A stretch of DNA of 64,000 nucleotides from Camelus ferus (taxonomy: Eukaryota): the NCBI RefSeq assembly GCF_009834535.1, contig NC_045697.1, positions 112,160,001-112,224,000 of the forward strand. Reading direction: 5' to 3'. Positions 1 through 12,374 of the stretch are shown in pieces (the stretch's first letter is position 1; every line of letters begins with the position of its first letter). The notes under the pieces were generated by a model. It ran no database searches. It saw only the letters and a program-made list of their open reading frames with translations, and was not told the DNA's origin. A program made the translations under genes and the position numbers.

Positions 1-474
1 GTTTGGCCTTGGCATCCTCAAGTTGTGCTGCAAATCTCAGCTGCTGTCTGACTAAAACTTGCCATTTTTAGTGCTTGCATGCCTGGTAACCTTGAATCCA
101 TACTTACTGTTTAACATGATTCTGAGTGCGGTCAGGTGCATGATGGCTGAAGTCATATATTATCAAGGAAGTTGACTTGCCAAAGTCAGTGGTTTGGAAA
201 TCTTCAAAGCTCCAAGTACTCTGCTCAAATGTCAATTAAAACTTTTTTTTTTCCTGTCACATTCCAATCATTTCTATGATGCAATATTTTTGAGGTTTTT
301 CAATCTAGATTTTTTTTTTTTAATACCCTTTAGTGGACCATTTTACTCTCAATTCTGTCACCTTGATGTTGTCACATGGTTCCATACAATAAGAATACAC
401 CCGGATCTTGAAATTAGGTACCTATCTCTTCACTCAGGTGAATAGCAATTCTGCCCATTTACTTTTGTAATGTG

Positions 475-698
475 TAGAGATTGGTAAACTTTTTTCATAA
501 AGGGCTAGATAGTAAATATTTTAGCCTTTGCAGACCTTGGGATCTTTGTCACAACTATTCAGCTCTGCTCTTATAATGTAAAAGTAGCCACAGACAGTAG
601 GTAAATCAATGAGCACGGCTGTACTCCAGTTTAACTCTATTTACAAAATCAAGTAGTGGGCTGGATTTGGCCCAAGAGCCATAGTTAGCCAAAGTCTA
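475..698 (+). mobile_element. MER58A-like hAT-Charlie MITE
   Basis: Follows the recalled MER58A consensus end to end (aaactttttt..aaagggctagatagtaaatattttag..ctggatttggccc..tagttagcc); ~224 bp. Confidence 0.85.
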
Positions 699-1297
699 GA
701 TTAAAGTATCTGGAGTGAGCAAATCCAGTAAAATTTGCTAAATTCCCTAAGCCTTAAAACTGTGTTTGCTAAATTCCTGGGAGGAGGATTCCGTAGACTG
801 AGTTTTGCAAAAACAGTTATTTGTAAATGTGTTTCAAATCATAGGATATGTGAAGATATATTAAGATTAGTTGGTGGGAAGTAAAAAAAAAATCTATTAT
901 TCTCTTCATTTAATAAATTATAAGGGAGTCTAAGGAGTATCTCTTGCAGAAATTATAAAATAAGTGTAACTTATTTATCAATGCCAAAAGCTAGAAGTGA
1001 TCAATTTAGATCATTACAGTTTGGAAGTCAACTAAATAGAATGAATTATCCAGCCCATTAGTTTAAGAATTGGCTAGGGTTGTGAGAACTTCCCTAGTAA
1101 TCGATACTCTCATTTGAATCTTGGTCAATAAAAGGATAAGTTACCATTAGAATTGACCTCTTAGATCTTGAACAAAAAATAGTAACTCCTATTTTTTAGA
1201 TATACTGTGTCATCTGAATTTACTCTTAAGAATTTATACTACTACTGGGTAAATAAACATTGGCCAACAAAGCTGGTTGAAGAAAACCAGTCAGCCT

Positions 1298-1370
1298 GAA
1301 AAACAAAAAGACAAAGAACAAAAAACCAAAAACAAACACACAAACAAACAAACAAAAAAACCCTAAAATC
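1298..1370. repeat. A-rich (AAAC-like) low-complexity tract
   Basis: aaaacaaaaagacaaagaacaaaaaaccaaaaacaaacacacaaacaaacaaac seen directly. Confidence 0.8.
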
Positions 1371-1619
1371 AAATGTAGGAAAAGGTTGAGATATTCTACA
1401 TGCTGATTTTATGATTATTTTGTTTGATTTTTAGTGCTTGTTTAGGGAACAGATCTATGAGAGTATTGTTTCTAGCTACACTCTATTTGTGTTTTTGTAA
1501 CTTACACAACAAGTAGACCGATCAAGGCTGGGAGGTGTTAAGATTAAGAATGGAGTGGCAGGGTATGATGATAATAAAAGGACCAATACGCTTGACAATT
1601 TAAATAAAATTGTTATATA

Positions 1620-3725
1620 TGTTCCTTGAATATCAATTGATCATAAAGGTGTGCATTCATTTCTGGGCCTTCAATTCTATTCCATTGATCTATATTCTCT
1701 ATTTTTATGCTGGCACCTTGCTGTTAAGTTACTAAAGCTTTGTAGTATAGTTTGAAAACAGATAATGTGATGCTTCCAGCTTTGTTCTTTTTGTTCTGAA
1801 TTGCTTTGACTATTCATAGTCTTCTGTGGTTCCATATGAATTTCAGGATTTTTTTTTAATCCAGTAAAATTTTGTTAGGTATTGGAATTTTAATGTGATT
1901 GCATTGAATCTGCAGATTGCTTGGGGCTTAGTATGGACATTTTGACAATATTAAGTCTTCCAATCTATTAACACTGGGTATGTTTGTATATATTTGTGTC
2001 TAATTCAGTTACTTTCATGAATGTTTTATATTTTTCAGTGTACAGATCTTTCATCTCTTTGGTAAAATCTGTTCCTAAGTACTGTATTTGATTTGATTTG
2101 ATTTGGTCTAATAATCAATTGAGTTGTTTTCTTAATTTCTTTTTTGGAATGTTCATTTTTAGTCTTTAGAAATACAACTCATCTTTGTATTTTGATTTTT
2201 CTTCCTGTAACTTTACTAAATTCATTTATTAGTTCTTACACTGTTTTGGTAGAGTTTTTTTGATTTTCTATACATAAGATTATGTCACCTGCAAACAGAG
2301 ATGATTTTACTACTTCTTTTCTGATTTGGATGCCATTCCTTTTTTTTTTTTTCCTTGACATATTGCTCTGGCTAGGAATTCCTGTGCTCCCTTGAATAGA
2401 AGTGATAAATGTGGGCTTTCTTGTTCCTGATCTTAGAGGAAAAACATTCAACTTTTCACTGTTGAGTATCATGCTAGTTTGGGGCTTGTCAAATATTATG
2501 TTGAGGTATGTTCCTTCTATATCCAGTTTGTTGAGATTTTTTTTATCCTGAAAAACTGTTAAGTTTTGTTAAATGTCTTCTCCACATCTGTTGAGATGAT
2601 CATATGACTTTTATCCTTGTGTTGTTCATATTGTGTATCACATTGATTCATTTGCAAATATTGAAACATCCTTGCATTCCTGGGATGACTTGGTCAATCT
2701 GTATAATCTTTTAAATGTATTGTTGAATTAAGTTTACTGATATTTTGTTGAAGTCTTTTGCATCTGTGTTCATCAGGGATATTGGCTTGTAATTTTCTGT
2801 TTTTGTAGTGTCTTTATCTGGTTTTGGTATCAGGGTAATGCTGAGTTTGGAAGACTTTCTTCCTCTTCAATTTTTGGTATAGTTTGAGAAGGATAGATAT
2901 TAATTCTTCTTTAAATGTTATTATTTACCTGTGAATGTGGCTGCTCTTGGACTTTTGTTTATTGGGAGTTTTTTTTTATTTCTGATTCAATTTCATTACT
3001 AGTGATCAGTCTGTTCAGATTTTCTGTTTCTGATTCAGTTTTGAAACATTCTAGGAATGTATCCATTTCTTCTAGACTGTTCAATTTGTTGGCATATAAT
3101 TGTTTGTAGTAGTCTCTTATGGTCTCTTGCATTTCTGTGGTGTCAGTTGTAACTTCTCTTTCATTTCTGATTGTATTTATTTTCATCCTTTTTCTTTTTA
3201 TCTTGAGGAGTCTGACAAAAGGTTTACCTATTTTTTTAATCCTTTAAAGAATCAGCTCTTAGTTTCATTGATATTTTCTATTTTTTTAAGCCTCAATTTC
3301 ATCTATTTCTGCCCTGATCTTAATGATTTCTTTCCTTCTACTATAAGTTAGATCTTGTTTGTTCTCCATTTTATAATTCCTTTAGGTATAAGATTAGGTT
3401 GTTTATTAGAAATTTTTCTTGTTTCTTGAAGTAGGCTTGTATTGCTCTAAACTTCCCTCTTAGAACTGTCCTTAGTCTGTCCCATAGATTTTGGATCATT
3501 GTATTTCCATTGTCATTTGTCTCAGAGTATTTTTTTTATTTCCTCTTTGATTTCTTTGTTGACCCATTGGTTGTTCAGTAGCCTATAGGTTATTCTCTAC
3601 ATGTTCATTTTTTTTTTTCATTTTTTTCTTGTTGATTTCTAGTTTTATACAGTTATGGTCAGAAAATATGCTTGATATAATTTCAGTCTGCTTAAATTTG
3701 TTGAGACTTGTTTTGTGACCTAACA
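1620..3725 (-). mobile_element. LINE-1 ORF2 fragment (linker/RT region), decayed
   Basis: Minus ORFs ILNSEKLNVFPLRSGTR (2236-2472) and [41 protein letters not shown] (2959-3186) are L1 ORF2p motifs; many stops and frameshifts. Confidence 0.92.
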
Positions 3726-3729
3726 TTAT

Positions 3730-3960
3730 TAGTATTTTGTTGAGGATTTTTGCATCTATATGAAGACAGTTGGCATTAATTCTTCTTTAAATGTTTGGTT
3801 TGATTACTGATTTAATTTTCTTACTAATTATTGGTCTGTTCAAATTTTCTATTACTTCATGATGTAGTAGGTAGGTTGTATGTTTATCCATTTCTTTTAG
3901 ATTATCCATTTATTCAGATATAGTTGTTCTTTCCACTTGCCCTTATTTCTTTTCTTGGAT
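3730..3960 (-). mobile_element. Second, internally deleted L1 ORF2 fragment
   Basis: attttgttgaggatttttgcatct..attaattcttctttaaatgtttgg repeats ORF2 sequence already seen at ~2740-3100. Confidence 0.65.
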
Positions 3961-4079
3961 TGACTCTCCTGCATCTGGACCACCTGTATTTCTCTTTCTT
4001 GGTTTAATCCCTCTTTTGGGGAAGATATAGCCTCCAGTGTCATCTTGGAAGAGGTAAAGATGAAGTATAAATTATCTAA

Positions 4080-5720
4080 CCTTGTATGTCTAAAAATGTC
4101 TTTATTCTCTCCTTGTCTTAGATATAGTATTAATCCACTGGTGATGAATTCTCTCAGCTTTTATACATGTGAAGTTTTTATTTCTTGTTCTCTTCAATGG
4201 CATATTACTTGTGCATGGAATTCTAGGTTGATATTTTTTTCTTTCCATGCTTTAAAGATGGCACTACATTCTGTTTTGACTGTCACTGTTTCTGACAAAA
4301 AATCAGCTGCCATGCTTATCTTGATTCCTCTCAATGTCATGTGGCTTTTGCAGGGCAGAGAGGGTAATTTTAGGGTTATTTTTCTTCATCTCTGGTTTTA
4401 AGAGGATTGTTTATGACATGTCTTGATGTAACATTTTTTGTATGCCTTGTGCTTGGGGTTTGTTTAGCTTCTTGGATCTGAAGGCTTACAATTTTCATCA
4501 AATTTGGGAAGAGTTCAGCCACTGTTTCTTCATTTTTTTTTTCTGTTTCCCTCTCTCAACTTCCACAACTCATTCTTTTTTCTCATTCCATAGTTCATGC
4601 CATAGTCCATTTTTTCTTAGTGTTATTTCTCTCCCTGTTTAATTTTGGATAGTTTCTATGGCAATGTCCTCATAATCATTAAATGTTTCTTATACAGTAT
4701 TTAATCCACTCTTAATCTCATCTAGTATATTTTTCTTTTCTTTTTTTTTCATTTTTGGAAATTTGATCTGGGTTCTTCAACTGTCTTCCATGTCTCTTAT
4801 TATGCTCATACATTTCTCTACATTCTTGAACATGTGGAATATATTTATAATAGCTTTTTCAGCATCCTTGTCAACTATTTCTATCATCTGTAGCATTTCT
4901 GTGTGTTTATGTATTCATGGCATATTGTATATTCCTGCTATTTGTATATATGTTATTTTCTATTTGGATGCTAAACTAGATGTTGCAAATTTTACCTTGT
5001 TGGGTGCCAGAGTTTTTATTTTGTATTTCTTAAATATTTTTGGCTCTGTTCTGGGGTGAAATAAAGTTAATTTGAAGCAGTTTGATCCTTTCAAGGCTTA
5101 ATTATAAGATCTGTTAGATGACCCAGGGCAGCCTTTAATCTTGGGCTAATTTGATAACACTACTGTGGCGCAACATTCTCCTGAAGACTCTACTTGATGC
5201 TTTATGTGTTAGAAAGTGTACACACTCTGGCCAGTTAGAACATGAACTATTCCTTGTTCTTCTTAAGCTCTGAGTGTTTCTGCTCCTTCCAAGTGTTTCT
5301 TTTCCCAGGCTTTGTGGGGTTTTTTTTATTATTATTATTTTTTTTATGGTATGCACTGATCAGGTGAAGCCTCAAGGAATACCCTATGCATATCTCCACA
5401 GCTCTTTGGGCAGCCCTGTCCTCTTCAGTTATCTGCCTTAACAGTTCTGACAGCTTAGCCTTCCTGAACCCTGAACTCTGTCTTCCCAGCCCAAGGAAAC
5501 TACTGGGCTCAATTTGGGTACCCCACCCCCCTGCACTTCATCTTGAGAACCTCTCTAGGCAGTAACCTGAGCATTTTTAGGTCATATGTTGTTTCTTCCT
5601 TTTCTTTCAACACTGCTTGCTGTACAATGTTGGAAAGCTGTTGCTTTATTTATTTTGTCTAGCCTTTTAGTATTTTAGGTGGGACAGAGCAAATCTAGTT
5701 CCTGGTATTCCCTAAAGGAT
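4080..5720 (-). mobile_element. Old L1 (L1M/L1ME-type) inter-ORF, ORF1 and 5' region
   Basis: ctggtgatgaattctctcagcttt, tttctgacaaaaaatcagctg and catcaaatttgggaag motifs typical of antisense ancient L1 5' halves. Confidence 0.6.
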
Positions 5721-7041
5721 GAAAGTAGAAATTCTGGGTCAGAGGTTTTACTGGCAGATGGGAGATGATCTTTCCTGTGATATGATTTTATATCTAGGAT
5801 ATGAGGTAAGAGTGTACAATAATGTAATTTACTTTAAAAGTAAGATCAATTTTAATGTTTTTCAGATACATTGATTCTTCCCTCTCATATCCTGTAGGAA
5901 CTGTTATTAAGATTATAATTGGCAATTATTTGCCTCATTAAGTAACTCTAATTTTCTGTTTAGCATTTTCTTACAGCATTTGTTATTAATTGAAGAATTG
6001 AAGACAATGTATTATTTTTTTCTGTTCGTATTTTTTAATTCTATATTTTTAAAATTCCAGAAGTTAAAAATATTTTAATTAAATTGTATTTTTTCTATTA
6101 GTAACTTTTCCTTTAGGTGTTAATCTTTTTCTTTTTTTTTACATTCTAAACTACAAAAATAATTAATTTATTATTTAGTTGACAGTATATAGTTATATTC
6201 TTTAAACAAGAGGCCTGAATCAAATGTATGTAATCCTGAATTTCCCCAGGAGTACTAGTTTTGGGGCACAAGTGAAATCACATTTATTTTTATACCCCAG
6301 TTCTGATGATTCGCAATAATACCCTTCATGTTCAAGCAGTGTCTCAAAGCATTTCTCAGTTATTTCTGGGAGGCCCCAAAGGCATACCTCATATATGCCT
6401 CCAAACCAGTTTTATGCCAATGAATCACTTGCAGTTTTTGACATCTGCTGTGTATAAACTCACTCCACAAAGCTGGCTGACATGGCTGATGGCACTCATG
6501 GGGGAAATATCACAGTTGTCTCCGTGGGCATTATCTCACAATTGCTGGAGTGATAGAATCCCATTGGTTTAAGTGCAGAGGCAGGGAGACTGTGCTTAGA
6601 GTTCCTCCCAAAGTCTCTCTTAAAATAGGTCAATTTCCAGCATTTATTCTTCGCATGGAATCTTATCAAATGTTTTATGAAAATAGTTCCATCAGTGTCT
6701 AGCCTTTATTTTTCTAACCAATGTGATTCAAATTGGTCTGGAAGAGCCTGAAGGATAATAGATATAATAAATTCTTTTGTGTATCCTTTTTCCCTTTTCC
6801 TTGGGGAAACCTGACCTAACCAAGCTACTACCTCCTCCTATGATTATGGAAAAATCCCTTCCATGTGTCTTAGAGTGCACAAATTATGTACCAGAAGAGG
6901 ATGGGTAATATTGAACAAATAATGTTTAGTCTCTTATAAACCACGAATAACTATTTTTGAAAAATCAATATATATTAACAAATGAGCTATTTCCTGTATC
7001 TAGATTGCGTAGTTTGCTTATTTTCCTGAGTGAATAATTAT

Positions 7042-7175
7042 CCACTGCTCTAAGTGCTTTACACGTATTAACCCACCTAATCTTCACAGCAACTTAATGC
7101 ATGAACACATTTATACTTCCATCTTACAACCTGCCTTAGTCTCCACAGCTAGGAAGTAGATGGCTGGATCAGAAC
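7042..7175 (-). mobile_element. MIR SINE fragment
   Basis: ctaagtgctttacacgtattaacccacctaatcttcacagcaac resembles the reverse complement of the MIR 3' half. Confidence 0.7.
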
Positions 7176-8259
7176 TGTTTTCATATTGCTATGGTATTTT
7201 GTTCCTTTAAAGAAGGAGCTAGTGTGCAGTTAGTGAGGCACGTCATGGAGGCAATGGAGGGTGTGGTCGGGGAGAGGCAGGTGGTTCAGATTTGAGTGCA
7301 TAGGGCATTGTAGTATGTAGCTTGGAGACACTAAGTGTCTGCCATGGTGGGATGGTTAGAAGAAGGGATGAAGATGAAGGACAAAAAAGGAAATCATGGG
7401 TAATTCTTGTTTCAATATGTCACCACACTTAAATTCTGTTCTCAGCTGAATTCCAGGGGGCCCATGCTATAAGCCACATCTTTAACTCCCCTAGATACTT
7501 CCACATATTCTAAACCCGAATAATATTTCTTTTGCCACTGAATTTCCTGGATAGTCTTACTTTTTTGCTATCATCTTTAATTCTTTGTTGATTTAGACTA
7601 AGATTTCTTTTCAAGTCAGTTCATTAATAGCCACCAAGTGCTAATATTAGGTTATTTTACACGTCTAAAAATTTGAGTATTATGTAAATAAACTATACTG
7701 AAGTAGCTGAGAAGTGGCTTTGCAACTGACAATGACCCACACTAGAATAATCTTTGTGTCAGAGGCTAGTTTGAGGAATTTGTTTTGTCCTGTTCTGTAC
7801 ATGGAGCATGGCCATCCACACAGTGTGTGAACAGGTTAAATGCCACCACCAAAGTGGTATTTCAGAAGGACCAGCCTTCTTGCCCTACAAGGCTGTTAGC
7901 TGTGGAATTCTTTACATAGGCTTTAGCCTGACTTTGTCTATAACTTATTGAATATATTTATAAACAATACTGAATATATACATTCTAGTCTTTTTTCTCT
8001 CTGATGTTTTCATTCCAAAGCAACTGGATGATTCAGGGTAAGGTACATGTTAATGTATGTTCATAATCTTTAAAATATACAGATTATAAGAAAACTAAGT
8101 AAGTGATTTTTTTTTTATTATGAATTGAATGAACACTCGTCTTAACTCATGGGGACTTTTGTTCTTGTATTATACATAATAAATATATAACTGATATCAA
8201 GCACAAATATTCATACCCATATGTGTAACCAATAGATGTATACACGTGTGTAAACATGG

Positions 8260-8632
8260 GAATGTGCCCCACAGAGCCCTTCCAGGGAAGGAGAGAAGCC
8301 AACTGAGAACCTCCTGCAACCCCTTCAGAGATACCGCAGCTTTTGAGTCAAGGTCATACCATTCTTGAGGTGAGCCTATCAATGACCAACCAAGACAGTG
8401 GAACCAAGGCCTAGCCAATTCCACCCCAATGTGACCTTGACTGGGATAACCTCTGCTTCTGCTTCCCCCTGGGCAAGAAGAGACTCTGTTGGATCTGTAG
8501 TGCTGTATCACGGCTCCTGCTGTCTGAACCTGCTTCTGCTCTTTTTGCTTTCAGATGTTGCTGCCTAACCAGCTTCCTGTATTCCTAATTCTGTCCCAAC
8601 ATCTGCTTCTTGAAGTCAGAACCCAACTACCA
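8260..8632 (+). mobile_element. LTR16-like ERVL solo LTR
   Basis: caaggtcatacc..caatgaccaac..aaggcctagcc..cttcctgtattcctaattctgtcccaacatctgcttc..aacccaac follows the recalled LTR16 layout. Confidence 0.65.
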
Positions 8633-9454
8633 TAGAGTTTAAAGTTCACCTTCCACCTCTATTTTTCATTTTGATCTCCAATTTCTCACTAGAAATGTAG
8701 AGAGGAAAGAGAAAATGTAGTATAATTCGGAGAACTGCTATTATTGCTCCTCCTTGGCCTTCTGGTTGTGGGAGGGAGTACAACCAGCCTTTATAACTAT
8801 ACCTATGCTTTCTTGGACTAAATTTCAGTGCTGCAAAATGAGGGTGGAGATTTGCAGACCATTAAACTCAAATTTAAGCACTGTCTTGTCCTTTTCATTA
8901 AAAAGAAAAATCCAGCCTACGTTTCCAGCTTTAAAAGTAGACTGACTGCCTTCTAACTGGTCATTTTAATAAAGGAGGGTGACTTGTAATCATATAAGCT
9001 TCAGCTGTTAAAATACGTTGCTTCAGTAACTGCTATACACGCCTGCTCTAATAAACTCTTCTAGCTTCTATGTGCTAAGAGATTCATTTGGGTCATTTAA
9101 AGTCAATTCTGTGAACCTTTAAACATTGCAAAATGATGCTAGTATCCTATCTTAAGGCTTCTAAATTTTAAACTAGGGCTGAAATGTTTTTTATTAAGTT
9201 ATTTGGCTCAAATATGAAGTTTATAATTACCAAGTGCATGCAGCATAAAGGGAAAAAAGATAAAATTCTGCTTTTGTAGAAAAAGATAAAGCTATTTACA
9301 GTTTCAGTTGGCTAATTGTTGAGATATTAAAGAATAAAACAGCAAAAGACCCAGGAAATATTCTGCTTCCTGGAATATTTTTATTCTGTAGTTTTCTAAA
9401 ACAATTATGGAATTTCCACCATAATACTTTTAAAAGGCTAGATCTAAAATCAGC

Positions 9455-10175
9455 ATATCTACACTTATATCATAGCCCTACTACTCACCTGCTGTGTGAA
9501 AATGGTATCATTTAACTTCCCTTAGATATGATACAGGAAAATGGGGCATGAAAGGATGGCTGTGTCCCAGGGTTTCAACTGAGATCCTGGGACACACCCC
9601 ATCAAGTGAGGGTCCTGGGTTTCATGCAGGAAAGAATTCAAGAGTGAGCCATAGTTGAGTAAAAGTAAATTTATTCAGAGAGATGTACACTCCATAGACA
9701 GTGCAGGGTGTCCCTGAAGGTGACAGAGCAAGAGGCTGCGAGGCACGGTGTTGCTAGTTTTAATGGGCTCAGTTATTTCACATGCTAACAAGTGGGAGGA
9801 TTATTCTAACTACTTTGGGGAAGGGGCTGGGATTCCCAAAAACTGAGACACCATTCCCTTTTTGATCTTTTATGGCCAGAACTGTCATGGAGCCTGTGGG
9901 AGTACCATTCACCACGCTATTATATTATAATGAGTATATAATGAAGCTCAAGTTCTCCTGGAAGTCAAATCTCCTACCATCTGGACCTCAACATCTAGTG
10001 GGAGTTGAATTTTCCACCATCTTGGTGCTCATCGCTGTCATTCCTTTAATGGTTGTGCCCTGCTCCCCTTTCTTCTTATCTCAGATTTGGGGTTTTTGGT
10101 CTATAAAAGACTTCTTCAGAAGATTGTTGTGATCACCAAATGGGAAGATGTACATGAAGATACTTTGTAAGCTTA
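9455..10175 (+). mobile_element. MIR split by the 9529-10083 LTR
   Basis: MIR-like ctactcacctgctgtgtga..tttaacttcc before the LTR; ctataaaa..agattgttgtga..aaatgggaagatgtacatgaagatacttt after it. Confidence 0.55.
9529..10083 (-). mobile_element. ERV1-class solo LTR
   Basis: TG...CA termini; flanks gata/gatt (3/4 of a 4-bp TSD); minus-strand AATAAA at 9670-9675; 555 bp. Confidence 0.8.
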
Positions 10176-11146
10176 ACAAGATTTATGCTGGTTTCAAATA
10201 TTTTTTCTATATTATCAAATCTAGAAAACAGATCTGACTTATTTTGAGAAAGGTTATTAGGTATTTGTAAGGAAGATGAGACAAATTTGATATTACTATC
10301 AAGACATCGCTATTACTTCAACCAGAAACAACTTGAACAGCTTGTAAAGGTGCAAAGTGACTGTGACTCAAATCTACCAGTTTCTACACATTTCTATTCT
10401 GTCTGTCATAGAGTTTGCAACCAGACACTAGTCTCGGTGCCATATTCATTTGCTATGTGACTGTGTATCTCTGAACTTGAAATATATTTATTTGAATGTA
10501 TTTGTTAAGAATTTTGGGGTTTTTATATAATGTACTCTTGCTCACATATTTTTATATATGCAGATTCTAGTCTTCCTTCTCCCTTTCTCTTCCTTTTTCA
10601 TTTTACTTTTGGTTAAGAAATACTACTAGTATTGAGTCATGTGTGGCTATATGTGTAAAATTACATAGTGAGGAACCCTTTTTATGGCTTTGCTCGAACC
10701 AACATTGTTCTCTTTCAGTAGGGTCGCCTTTCCTCATAACCATCCCTCTGCATCCTGGAGCTCATTTGTCTGACTGTATCATTCTCCCACAAAGGGAGTC
10801 AGACTTTATTAAGAAAGGGAGTGAGTGACAAAATGTTTTCTGAGATGTGTCTTTGACAACAGGAACATGGTATTCAATGCATAGGGTCATATATATACAA
10901 ATATGTGTGTGTTTTGTGTGTGTCAGAAACACTATATATAGGTTAAAGTCCCTACGTCAAAATATAGTTCAATTCAAAACCACAAATTTCTGTTCAGTTA
11001 ACAAATATTTTTAAATATCTACTATGTGCTATAAAGTTTTAAATTGTTTTCCCTCATAGCTACTGAACAAAGGCAAACAAAATAGCCACTAGCCCCTCAA
11101 CAAATTTTCTTTAGGTTTTAAGGACAAAAATTAATACACTCACTTC

Positions 11147-11712
11147 TCTAAAGGAGCACAATTTGCCATCCCAAAATGTGTTTCTCTGGCATGAGGATTA
11201 ATTTGGGCTGATTATTCTTAAGAAACAGGAGACTCAGAAAGGTTTTCTTGTTACCTTCCCTTTAACTGCCTGAAGAATTTAGACAAAGGACTTATTCCCA
11301 GAATAGAGCTCTCTCCAGAGCTATCTGTAAAGAGTATGGGCTGGATATGGTGGGAGAAGCTGGGAATCTTCCACAGAGCCTAGAGATTAAGAGTCTACTC
11401 TGTGTCCCACCGTCTCTTCATGGCCCAGCAAACATTTGTTTACCTAATATTTGATTTTCCATCTCCATATGAATTATCTTCCTTCCCTTTGAAGTCCCAA
11501 CCACTACCCCTAACATCCTCTGTTGTCTTTAGCTGAAGGTTGTATATAAGGTGAGAGTTTCAGCCATTTGGGTTTTCCTGGGTCTCTCTCATGTATGCAC
11601 GTTATTAAACTTTTATTTGACTTTCTCCTCTTAATCTGTCTCATCTCAGTTTAAACCTTAGACCAGCCAGAAGAACCCAGAAGGGCAGAAGAAAATTTCT
11701 TCCTCTCTGGCA
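11147..11712 (+). mobile_element. MER34-like ERV1 solo LTR
   Basis: Start ..ggagcacaatttgccatcccaaaatgtg, TATATAA 11543-11549, ATTAAA 11604-11609, ends in CA; flanks cttc/cttt; homologous to 16503-17029. Confidence 0.82.
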
Positions 11713-11846
11713 CTTTATTAAAATTTCATACATTACACAAGATTAACATAAAATGCAATCTTCCCGTCCTCTTTCCTCCCTCAAAAATTTCCATTAACAC
11801 TCCTTGAAAATAGCCACTCTTAACAGTTTATTGTGTATACTTTCAG

Positions 11847-11905
11847 TGTGTGTGTGTGTGTGTGTGTGTGCATAGGTGTGTGTGTTTGTGGGTGTGTGTG
11901 GGTGT
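11847..11905. repeat. (TG)n microsatellite, imperfect
   Basis: Seen directly. Confidence 0.95.
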
Positions 11906-11906
11906 A

Positions 11907-12266
11907 ATACTGGCCTGGTCAGACTGCTGTAATGAAATACCATAGACTCAGTACATTAAATAATGGAAATTTAAGACATTGATTTTTCCCAGTTCTAGAG
12001 GCTGGGAATTATAAGATGCAAAGCCATTTTGTTTCCTGGTGAAGGCTCTCTTCCTGGCTTCAGGAAGATGGCTGCCTCTCACTATGTCTTGAAATGGTCG
12101 AGAGAAAGCAATCTCTCTCTTCCTCTTCTTATAAAGCCACCAATCTCTTCATAAGGTCCCACTCTGATGGTTTCATTTTGCCTTAACTACCTTCTAAAAG
12201 TCCCATCCCATTGCGGGTTAGGATTTAACATTTCGATTTGGGGGGGACACAGTTCAGTCCATAGTG
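11907..12266 (-). mobile_element. MLT1A-like MaLR solo LTR
   Basis: ctgctgtaatgaaataccatagact..cagttctagaggctgggaa..ggtgaaggctctcttcctggctt..gggggacacagttcagtccatag. Confidence 0.85.
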
Positions 12267-12374
12267 TATGTATCTGTATACACACACACACACGTGTATA
12301 TATGTAGATATATTTGTGCATGTTTATAAAACAATTTGAATCATATAACAATTATAAAGTTTTCCACTGGAGTA

